Of a DNA stretch of 32,000 nt, positions 25,496 through 32,000 are shown piece by piece (within the stretch, counting starts at the first letter, position 1; the number at the start of each line of letters is the position of its first letter). The DNA is taken from the NCBI GenBank assembly GCA_000025185.1, contig CP001848.1, forward strand, positions 5,250,001 through 5,282,000, given 5' to 3'. The notes under the pieces are model-generated. The model saw only the letters and a list, made by a program, of their open reading frames with translations, was not told the DNA's origin and did no database searches. Source of the stretch: Pirellula staleyi DSM 6068. GTDB lineage: Bacteria; Planctomycetota; Planctomycetia; Pirellulales; Pirellulaceae. The position numbers were made by a program, and so were the translations under genes.

Positions 25496-25524
25496 CTTGA
25501 TTCTTCGGCGGCTGCGAGCATAAT
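25496..25524 (+). promoter_or_regulatory. Putative sigma-70-type promoter for the aro leader (TTGATT-N17-CATAAT)
   Basis: TTGATT at 25496-25501, a 17-nt spacer, then CATAAT at 25519-25524. The predicted transcription start would fall within a few nt of the leader ATG at 25532, so the leader ORF may have little or no 5' UTR. Confidence 0.3.
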
Positions 25525-25531
25525 CAGGGAC

Positions 25532-25606
25532 ATGAACACGCGGTTTTTTAGCTATTGGCACTTTTACTTTACCCTCGGTGTCCGAGGGGCCGTGGAAGGT
25601 ATGTAG
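25532..25606 (+). CDS. Candidate aromatic amino acid leader peptide (24 aa): MNTRFFSYWHFYFTLGVRGAVEGM
   Basis: Hand-translated; it is below the ORF-track size cutoff. Seven of the nine codons at 25544-25570 encode Phe (4), Tyr (2) or Trp (1). It sits between a promoter-like element and a strong terminator, upstream of DAHP synthase. Confidence 0.55.
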   Translation: MNTRFFSYWHFYFTLGVRGAVEGM

Positions 25607-25639
25607 CCAAAAAGCCGCAAAAACCTGATCCAACGCAAG

Positions 25640-25673
25640 CCCCGAGGACCCGCAAGGTCGCTCGGGGTTTTTT
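25640..25673 (+). terminator. Intrinsic terminator (attenuator) upstream of DAHP synthase
   Basis: ccccgag-gacc-cgcaa-ggtc-g-ctcgggg gives 11 GC-rich bp with one bulged G and a 5-nt loop, followed by TTTTTT (25668-25673). It lies 193 nt upstream of the aroF start. Confidence 0.7.
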
Positions 25674-25866
25674 GTTGGCTCCGGCGTTTTCTAGCGGTTA
25701 AGGAAGGGGATGAGCAGGCGAGCACTTAGCGCATCGCTTGATCGATCCTCCTCCCGAATAGCTCCTTAGGTGCCGGCGAGATTCGCGCTACAGGACCTCC
25801 GTTATGAACGCGCTTGTTACCTTGCCAACCAATCATCTCAATCCAACGTTTCGGGAGCTATTCTCA

Positions 25867-26883
25867 ATGATCGTCGTCATGGATAAAGGGGCCACGCCCG
25901 ACCAAATCAAGCACATGGCTGAGCGGGTCGAATCGCTGGGGCTCAAGAGCCACGTCATTCAAGGGACCGAGCGCACGGTGATCGCCGCCATCGGCGAAAA
26001 ACGGGCCGAAATGAAAGAATCGCTCGCTAGTGGGCCTGGTGTTGAAGACGTCGTACCAATTCTAGCGCCCTACAAAGTCGCTAGCCGCGAAGTGAAAAAA
26101 GAGCCGACCCAAGTGGTGGTTCGCGACCTGAAGGTCGGGGCCGGCATGGTAGGTGTGATGGCGGGGCCTTGCAGCGTTGAAAGTGAAGAGCAGATCATCA
26201 CCACCGCTCGCGCAGTGAAAGCAGCTGGCGCGACGGCGCTACGTGGCGGCGCGTTCAAGCCACGCACAAGTCCCTACAGTTTCCAAGGGATGAAAGAAGC
26301 GGGGCTCAAACTGCTCGCCGCTGCCCGCGAAGAAACGGGCCTCGCGATCGTCACCGAAGTGATGAGCACCGAAGATGTCGAACTCGTCGCCAAGTACACC
26401 GACGTGCTGCAAGTCGGCGCTCGGAACATGCAAAACTACCGCCTACTCGAAGCTGTTGGCCAAACGCGCACCCCCGTGCTGCTGAAACGCGGCCCTAGTG
26501 CCACGATGGAAGAATTTCTTCTCGCCGCCGAGTACATCCTCAACGAAGGCAACCCGAACGTGATGCTCTGCGAGCGTGGCATTCGGACCTTCGAAGCCCA
26601 TACGCGTTTCACCCTGCCACTTGCTTCGGTTCCCTACCTGCATCACAAAACCCACTTGCCGGTGGTGATCGACCCCAGCCACGGCACCGGCCACACCTAC
26701 CTTGTGCCCGACATGGCAGTGGCTTCCGTAGCAGCAGGCTGCGACGGCCTGATCCTCGAAGTCCATCCCGATCCCGAACGGGCGATGAGCGACGGCTATC
26801 AGTCGCTGAACATCCCCCAGTTCGAAGAGACCATGAAGCGCTGCCGCGCCGTTGCCACTGCTGTCGGCAAAACGTTGTCGTAA
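25867..26883 (+). CDS. aroF: 3-deoxy-7-phosphoheptulonate (DAHP) synthase, type I-beta, with an N-terminal ferredoxin-like regulatory domain
   Basis: GGGAG lies 9 nt upstream of the ATG at 25867. The product begins [43 protein letters not shown], which resembles the Thermotoga-type regulated DAHPS N-terminus. Catalytic motifs are [18 protein letters not shown] and VIDPSHGTG. Length is 338 aa. The track start at 25804 is an alternative. Confidence 0.9.
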   Translation: MIVVMDKGATPDQIKHMAERVESLGLKSHVIQGTERTVIAAIGEKRAEMKESLASGPGVEDVVPILAPYKVASREVKKEPTQVVVRDLKVGAGMVGVMAGPCSVESEEQIITTARAVKAAGATALRGGAFKPRTSPYSFQGMKEAGLKLLAAAREETGLAIVTEVMSTEDVELVAKYTDVLQVGARNMQNYRLLEAVGQTRTPVLLKRGPSATMEEFLLAAEYILNEGNPNVMLCERGIRTFEAHTRFTLPLASVPYLHHKTHLPVVIDPSHGTGHTYLVPDMAVASVAAGCDGLILEVHPDPERAMSDGYQSLNIPQFEETMKRCRAVATAVGKTLS

Positions 26884-26920
26884 GGCGTTTCTCGGCGGGA
26901 AAGAAAAGTAGTATAGGTAA

Positions 26921-26988
26921 GGCAGGCTCCTTGCCTGCCGACGCCGGAAAGTTTCGTTTAATTTTGGTTCGGCAGGCGGGAGCCTGCC
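26921..26988. repeat. Inverted doublet of a short GC-rich hairpin element
   Basis: The first hairpin is ggcaggc-tcctt-gcctgcc (26921-26939). The second is ggcaggc-ggga-gcctgcc (26971-26988). The reverse complement of the second (ggcaggctcccgcctgcc) matches the first except in the loop. Both lie between the convergent aroF and ABC-F genes. Confidence 0.5.
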
Positions 26989-27095
26989 CTACTGCTCCAC
27001 CGTTTCAAACCCGGCCCGCTTGTGGCCGGGTGCTGTGAGAAAGCAGGTTTTGTCAGGGAGCGAGAGCCGCCTGCTTTACATGAAGTGGGCTGGCG

Positions 27096-29024
27096 CTAGT
27101 TCAATTCCGACGCTTCTTCCCAGTGATCGTAGAGCTTGGCAATAGCCTCTTGGTGCGCTTCGATCTCTTGCATCACCTGCTTCACGCGCGGGCCATCGCG
27201 CAGCACCTCAGGAAGCGCTAGTTGCTGCTGAAGTGCCTCGACAGACGACTCACGCTCGGCAATTTCGCCTTCGATGTCGGAAACCTTACGATACGGATAT
27301 TGCCGCTTGCGTTTCGGTTTTTTGGCATCGCCGCGCGAAGTCGATTCCTCCACCTTACTACTGGAACTGCTCGAGCCACCACCTTTGCTCGCCGCCGACG
27401 TTGCCGCGCGCGCTTCCTTGGCCAATCCTTCGCGCACCAGATGTTGCCAGGTGTCGTAGTTTCCATCGATCACACGAAAACGGCCCGGCTCGACCACGAG
27501 CAGTTTTGTCGCCACTTGATTCAGGAAGTAACGATCGTGGCTGACAAACAGCACGCTGCCGTCGAACTCTTGCAGCGCTTTCTCGAGCGCACCACGCGCC
27601 CAGAGATCGAGATGGTTCGTCGGTTCGTCAAGGATCAGAAAATTCGGATCACTCGCCGCCAAAAGCGCGAGCGCCGTACGGTTACGCTCGCCACCGGAGA
27701 GTGATTTCACTTTCTGAAACACGATATCGTCGGCCAGTCCAAACCGCGCGAGCAGATCGCGCCGCTGCTGGGTGATGAACTCTTTATGATCGGGGCGCAC
27801 GGCATCGACCACTTCACACTCGGGATCGAGGTGCGAAAGCATCTGATCGAAGTAGGCAATCCGCACGCCACTACCAAGTGTCCACTTGCCACTGTCAGCT
27901 TTCACCTGCCCCAGCAGCACGCGCAGAAGTGTCGTCTTGCCGCAGCCATTGGGGCCCAAAATGCCCCATTTTTCGCCACGCAGAATATCGAGCGATAGGT
28001 TCTGAAACAGCGGACGATCGAACGATTTCGAGAGCCCTTCGATGCGACAAACGATATCGCCGGTGCGCGTAGCATCGGGAAATTTCATGGGGGGCGATTT
28101 GATTTCGCGCGGCGGCGCAACCCGCTCGATGCGTTCGAGCTTCTTGCGCCGATCTTCCGCCTGCGCGTGATTCTGGCCTGCGAAGTTCTTGCGAATGAAA
28201 TCTTCCATCCGCGCAATCTCTTCTTGCTGACGCTCAAACGTCCGCCGCTGAACCTCCAAACGCTCCGCCTTCAGCCGCTTGTACTGCGTGAAGTTTCCGG
28301 GAAAACTTTCGACCGTTCCTTGGTGAAGCTCGAGCGTGCGCGTCGTCACCTTGTCGAGAAAATAGCGATCGTGGCTCACCACCAGCACCGCTTGCCGCGA
28401 GCCGATGAGATAGTTTTCGAGCCACTCGGTGGCGTCGATATCGAGGTGGTTCGACGGTTCGTCGAGCAGCATAATCTCCGGCTCGGCGAGCAGCAATTGC
28501 ACCAGCAGCAAACGGTTCTGCTGTCCACCGCTCAGCTGCGTCACTTTTTGCTGATGCGTCGATTCGGCAAATCCCAGCCCTTCCAGCACGCGCTCGATTC
28601 GATGATCGACGTTATAAACATCGTGCTGCTGCAGTTGATGCTGTAGCACATCGAACTGCTGCTCGAGTCGCCGCCGCACGTCCTCTTCTTGGGTCGTCGC
28701 GATTTTGTCCGCGAGCTGTTCCGACCGCTTAACGAGCCCGAGCAACTCATCGAGTGCACTCCGGGCGATATCGAGCACCGTTTGATCGGGCGCAAAATCC
28801 GGATGCTGCTGCAGCAAGCCAATCCGAGCGCCGCCACCGATCTCCACCACGCCGCTGTCGGGCTGTTCTTGCCCGGTGATGATCTTCAGCAGCGTCGTTT
28901 TTCCGGCACCATTGGGACCGACCAGGGCGGCCCGTTCCCCCGCACGCAGATCAAAGGTGGCACCTGCGAGGACGGCATCGGGGCCATAATACTTCGTGAT
29001 ATCGCGGGCCGTCAGCAGAATCAT
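27096..29024 (-). CDS. ABC-F family ATPase (Uup/YheS-like translation-associated factor)
   Basis: Two ABC cassettes and no TM domain. Walker A: GPNGAGKTT and GPNGCGKTT. Signature: LSGGQQNR and LSGGERNR. Walker B: LLLDEPSNHLD and LILDEPTNHLD. The C-terminus has a Ser/Lys-rich stretch plus a coiled-coil extension. Confidence 0.9.
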   Translation of the reverse strand: MILLTARDITKYYGPDAVLAGATFDLRAGERAALVGPNGAGKTTLLKIITGQEQPDSGVVEIGGGARIGLLQQHPDFAPDQTVLDIARSALDELLGLVKRSEQLADKIATTQEEDVRRRLEQQFDVLQHQLQQHDVYNVDHRIERVLEGLGFAESTHQQKVTQLSGGQQNRLLLVQLLLAEPEIMLLDEPSNHLDIDATEWLENYLIGSRQAVLVVSHDRYFLDKVTTRTLELHQGTVESFPGNFTQYKRLKAERLEVQRRTFERQQEEIARMEDFIRKNFAGQNHAQAEDRRKKLERIERVAPPREIKSPPMKFPDATRTGDIVCRIEGLSKSFDRPLFQNLSLDILRGEKWGILGPNGCGKTTLLRVLLGQVKADSGKWTLGSGVRIAYFDQMLSHLDPECEVVDAVRPDHKEFITQQRRDLLARFGLADDIVFQKVKSLSGGERNRTALALLAASDPNFLILDEPTNHLDLWARGALEKALQEFDGSVLFVSHDRYFLNQVATKLLVVEPGRFRVIDGNYDTWQHLVREGLAKEARAATSAASKGGGSSSSSSKVEESTSRGDAKKPKRKRQYPYRKVSDIEGEIAERESSVEALQQQLALPEVLRDGPRVKQVMQEIEAHQEAIAKLYDHWEEASELN

Positions 29025-29235
29025 GGAGTTCTCGAATCACCGGAATCAAACCTGGGGAGCGATTGCCAAGATTGCAGCGGCGCGAGCGAACAGTCTCTCG
29101 CAGCTGAAAAAGAGGGGCAAACCAAGCCCTCGATTTTAGCAGCGATGAAAAAATCGGCCATGCCACACCCTGTGGCTGCCGCCACTGGATCAGGGGGTTA
29201 TTTTTCGCCGCTTCAATCTTGCTACACTTCCTGGA

Positions 29236-29811
29236 ATGCTCAGCCTCCAATCTTCCAGTTCCCCACGTTGGCTCGCTCAAGTCGATCAAGACCTTGAGCT
29301 TGTTCTCATCGACCATGCGCACTGCGAAAAGAAAGCCGCAGGAACGGCGATGAACCTGCTGTTTTCGTATGTCGACAATGAACAGCTGGCGCGCGACATG
29401 ACCGAAATCGTGCGTGAAGAACTCGAGCATTTCAACCTGGTGCTCGACCTGCTGAAGCGCCGCGCGATCAAGTTTCGCAAGGTCCCTCCCAGCAGCTATG
29501 GCCAGCGACTCGCCGCGCTGATTCAAAAGATCGAGCCCCAAAAAGCGGTCGATCGTTTGCTCGTAGCGGGTCTGATTGAGGCTCGCAGCTGCGAGCGCTT
29601 TTCGCTCCTCCGCGACCACCTTCCCGATCAAGAACTCGCGGAGTTTTACGGCAGCTTGTTCGAATCCGAAGCGCGGCATCACAGTACCTACGTGCGGCTC
29701 GCTTGCCATTTTCAGCCCGAGCAGCAGGTCCGCTCGCGACTCGCCGAGTTGGCAGCCGCTGAAGCCGAGATTATCGAACTGGGAGATCCGTTCGCGCGGG
29801 TGCACAGCTGA
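29236..29811 (+). CDS. miaE: tRNA-(ms2io6A37)-hydroxylase MiaE (diiron ferritin-like)
   Basis: DHAHCEKKAAGTAMNLL, EELEHF, GLIEARSCERFSLL and SLFESEARHHSTYVRLA correspond to the conserved MiaE metal-binding helices. Confidence 0.85.
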   Translation: MLSLQSSSSPRWLAQVDQDLELVLIDHAHCEKKAAGTAMNLLFSYVDNEQLARDMTEIVREELEHFNLVLDLLKRRAIKFRKVPPSSYGQRLAALIQKIEPQKAVDRLLVAGLIEARSCERFSLLRDHLPDQELAEFYGSLFESEARHHSTYVRLACHFQPEQQVRSRLAELAAAEAEIIELGDPFARVHS

Positions 29812-30992
29812 TGGCCGACATTGAGTGGATCGATGCCGAGGTCGTCACGACAGCCGCTGCGCCGCAAGGCGTTCCTTGCGAAGCGTGTGGCACCCCCGTG
29901 GAACCACTCGATCATTTTTGCGGCGCCTGTGGCACACCGAATCCGAACTTTGCTGCCGCACAGGCCAAGCAATCTCGCGGAGGATCTGTAGCCTCCCGGG
30001 CATCAACTTCGCCAGCCGAGCGCACCTCGGAGGAGTCTGCCGTCACTGCGGAAGTGGTCTTGCCGGACGAAGAGCCAGAGCACACGCACAAACATTTTCA
30101 CTGCGACAACTGTGGCAGCGATTTAGCGGTTGAACCTTCGCAGCGCAGTCTCGTCTGTCCCTTTTGCGACAGCACCTACGTACGCGAGTTGCCCGCCTCA
30201 CTCGGTCGCGAACGACCCGAGTTCGTGATTGGCTTTGCGATCACTCCCGCCCAGGCCGAAGCCAAGTTCAAACAGTGGCTCGGCGAGAACACCTGGTTTC
30301 GTCCCGGTGATTTGGCGACCAAATCGATGGTCGACAAACTCCGCGGCATGTACGTCCCCTTCTGGAGTTTTTCGACGCTGGCCGAGAGCACCTGGCAAGC
30401 ACAAATCGGCGAGTATTACTACCGGACTGAAACCTACACCGTGCGGGTGAATGGCAAGTCGGAGACACGCACAAAACGCGTGCGTTACACCGAGTGGTGG
30501 CCCCTCGGCGGAAATCATCATCAGTACTACAGCGGCTATCTGGTCTCGGCGAGCAAGGGGCTCACGCAGGCCCAGGCCGTGCAGATACAGCCGTACCAAA
30601 TGCAATCGCTCAAGCGCTACGAGCCCTACTTTTTGGCAGGCTGGATGAGCGAGGAATATTCCGTCGATCGCGCAGCGGCGCTCGCCTTCTCGCAGCAAGA
30701 GTTTTACCGACGCGAAGAGCAAAATGTCGCCGCCCACTTGCCCGGCGATACGCACTCGCAGCTGTCGGTGCAAACCGAGTTTTCGCAAACCAATTCCGAC
30801 CTGATTTTGCTGCCGATTTACGTCGTCAGCTACAAGTATCAAGGGCAGCTCTTTCAGTTTCTTCTGAACGGCCAGACTGGCAAAATGTCCGGAGATAAAC
30901 CGGTTGCCTGGCAGCGAGTGGCGATCGTCGTGGGGGTGGTGATAGCTGCGATTTTGCTGGTTGTTTTGGTGATCACTTTCCTGGCCCGCTAA
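29811..30992 (+). CDS. Zinc-ribbon membrane-anchored protein, paralog 1 (393 aa)
   Basis: The ATG overlaps the miaE stop (TGATG). Zinc-ribbon motifs are CEACGTPVEPLDHFCGACG and CDNCGSDLAVEPSQRSLVCPFC. A ~230-aa conserved domain follows (YVPFWSF ... LLPIYVVSYKYQGQLFQFLLNGQTGK), then a C-terminal TM VAIVVGVVIAAILLVVLVITFL. Confidence 0.8.
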   Translation: MADIEWIDAEVVTTAAAPQGVPCEACGTPVEPLDHFCGACGTPNPNFAAAQAKQSRGGSVASRASTSPAERTSEESAVTAEVVLPDEEPEHTHKHFHCDNCGSDLAVEPSQRSLVCPFCDSTYVRELPASLGRERPEFVIGFAITPAQAEAKFKQWLGENTWFRPGDLATKSMVDKLRGMYVPFWSFSTLAESTWQAQIGEYYYRTETYTVRVNGKSETRTKRVRYTEWWPLGGNHHQYYSGYLVSASKGLTQAQAVQIQPYQMQSLKRYEPYFLAGWMSEEYSVDRAAALAFSQQEFYRREEQNVAAHLPGDTHSQLSVQTEFSQTNSDLILLPIYVVSYKYQGQLFQFLLNGQTGKMSGDKPVAWQRVAIVVGVVIAAILLVVLVITFLAR

Positions 30993-31069
30993 CCTGTGCG
31001 CGATGACGCGCGGAACTCCTCGCTCAACAACTTCGGCTCGATGTTTTTTTCAGAACGATTCACCTTCCT

Positions 31070-32000
31070 ATGTCGCAACTCGTCACTAAATGCCAGGTGT
31101 GCAAGTCGCTAGTCGACGAGGAAGATCTGTTCTGTCCCGGCTGCGGATGCGAAATCCCCCCGCACCATGCGACCACCGACACCGAGCGAAGCATGCGCGA
31201 CCAAGGGACGATCGTCGCGCGGCATCATTTCGAGTGCACTGGCTGCGGTGCCTCGATGAGCTACGACCCCTCTGCGCAAACGCTCCGCTGTCCTTTTTGT
31301 GGGAACGAAAAACTCGATCGCGGAAAAGATCAGCGTGTTCTGAAGCCGAGCGGTGTGATTGCTTTCACCATCACGAAAGACCAGGCGCTCGCGCAGCTCA
31401 GCGTGTTTTTTAAGCGTGGATTCTGGCGTCCTGACGATCTGGCGCAGCAAGCCAAAATCACGCAGCTCACGGCTGTTTATGTGCCGTACTGGACGTTCAG
31501 CGCGCGAACCTACACCAATTGGACAGCCGACTCGTCGGCCACGCCGTCGCATGCGCGGGGCAATTGGCTCCCCATGAGCGGCGAGCATCGGGGTAGCTAT
31601 CGCGGCATTCTCGTCGGCGCTAGTGGCGTTCTGACGCCAGCCGAGACTGCAGCGATCTGCCCCTACGATCTTTCGAAGCTGGTCGACGAGTCGGCTGTCG
31701 ATCTCGAGAATGCGGTCTACGAACCATTTCAAGTGCAGCGAAAGTATGCTCGTCCCTTGGCCCAGCAAGCGATCGACAATCTCGAAGCGCAAGCGTGCCG
31801 CGCTTATGTCCCTGGCGAATGTCGCAACATGAAGGTGAATGTGCGACTCGAAGGTCTCGCTGGCGAGCCGATTTTGTTGCCGGTCTGGATCATGGCCTAT
31901 CGCTATGGGGACGAAGTACATCGCTTTCTCGTGAATGGTCAATCGGGGCGATGCACCGGCACGGTTCCCACCTCGAAAACCAAAGTCGCGGTTGCGTTTG
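31070..32000 (+). CDS. Zinc-ribbon protein, paralog 2 (partial; runs off the right edge)
   Basis: Absent from the ORF track because there is no stop in the window. ATG at 31070, and the frame is open to 32000. Hand translation: MSQLVTKCQVCKSLVDEEDLFCPGCGCE...HHFECTGCGASMSYDPSAQTLRCPFCGNEKL...AVYVPYWTFS...ILLPVWIMAYRYGDEVHRFLVNGQSGR. It is colinear with paralog 1. Confidence 0.75.
   Translation, partial: MSQLVTKCQVCKSLVDEEDLFCPGCGCEIPPHHATTDTERSMRDQGTIVARHHFECTGCGASMSYDPSAQTLRCPFCGNEKLDRGKDQRVLKPSGVIAFTITKDQALAQLSVFFKRGFWRPDDLAQQAKITQLTAVYVPYWTFSARTYTNWTADSSATPSHARGNWLPMSGEHRGSYRGILVGASGVLTPAETAAICPYDLSKLVDESAVDLENAVYEPFQVQRKYARPLAQQAIDNLEAQACRAYVPGECRNMKVNVRLEGLAGEPILLPVWIMAYRYGDEVHRFLVNGQSGRCTGTVPTSKTKVAVAF

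Noticed and set aside
25424-25633. 69-aa minus-strand ORF over the aro leader region
   Set aside because: It has no Shine-Dalgarno site, an odd composition, and overlaps the promoter, leader ORF and hairpin architecture on the plus strand. The plus-strand regulatory reading explains the sequence better.
25700-25759. 19-codon ORF ([19 protein letters not shown]) with an upstream AAGGAAGGGG, between the attenuator and aroF
   Set aside because: Its codon content has no regulatory logic and there is no associated structure. It is probably fortuitous, though conservation could be checked.
29658-29667. GTTCGAATCC, a tRNA T-loop-like decamer
   Set aside because: The flanking bases do not form a T-stem or an acceptor stem, and it lies inside the well-supported miaE coding frame. 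No tRNA was found in the window.
28951-29805. 284-aa minus-strand ORF
   Set aside because: It lies antisense to miaE, whose diiron-helix motifs are clear. It also overlaps the ABC-F start.
31109-31942. 277-aa minus-strand ORF (and the plus-strand ORF 31090..31413)
   Set aside because: The plus-strand frame starting at 31070 is open to the window edge. It is colinear with the upstream paralog (zinc ribbons, YVPYWTFS, NGQSG), so it is the real gene.
1-32000. CRISPR arrays, rRNA genes, integrases or prophage genes
   Set aside because: I saw no regularly spaced direct repeats, no rRNA-like conserved blocks, and no integrase, capsid or terminase-like translations. The only mobile-element-related gene is the RAYT.

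Overview
GC-rich chromosomal segment that looks planctomycetal. The markers are a PSCyt1/DUF1549/DUF1553 plus DUF1501 gene pair, an ECF sigma factor linked to a Ser/Thr kinase, Tat-signal oxidoreductases and many high-GC shadow ORFs. I support about 25 protein genes, and found no rRNA, tRNA or CRISPR array. All family calls come from motifs read by eye in the translations; no database search was possible.

Main points, left to right:
(1) A translationally coupled minus-strand operon (1-3475). It encodes a MotA/ExbB-family channel with a ~210-aa coiled-coil tail, a 628-aa ExbD-like protein (coiled coil, two ExbD-like domains, a 190-aa Gly/Ser linker, no membrane Asp), and a third ExbD-like protein that keeps the Asp. 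This does not look like a canonical Tol, TonB or flagellar stator and is my best candidate for an undescribed PMF-driven machine.
(2) A ~900-bp ORF-poor gap with converging intrinsic terminators, which may hold an sRNA.
(3) A 176-aa unknown protein coupled to an SNF2 helicase.
(4) An ECF sigma/Ser-Thr kinase module, divergent from a second ECF sigma that has a 1061-aa anti-sigma-like membrane protein.
(5) A RAYT (REP-associated tyrosine transposase) gene flanked by perfect 22-nt palindromic REP elements.
(6) A 24-codon leader ORF absent from the ORF track (MNTRFFSYWHFYFT...), followed by alternative hairpins and a strong intrinsic terminator upstream of a type I-beta DAHP synthase. This looks like a ribosome-mediated aromatic amino acid attenuator.
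(7) miaE translationally coupled to the first of two tandem paralogous zinc-ribbon membrane proteins.
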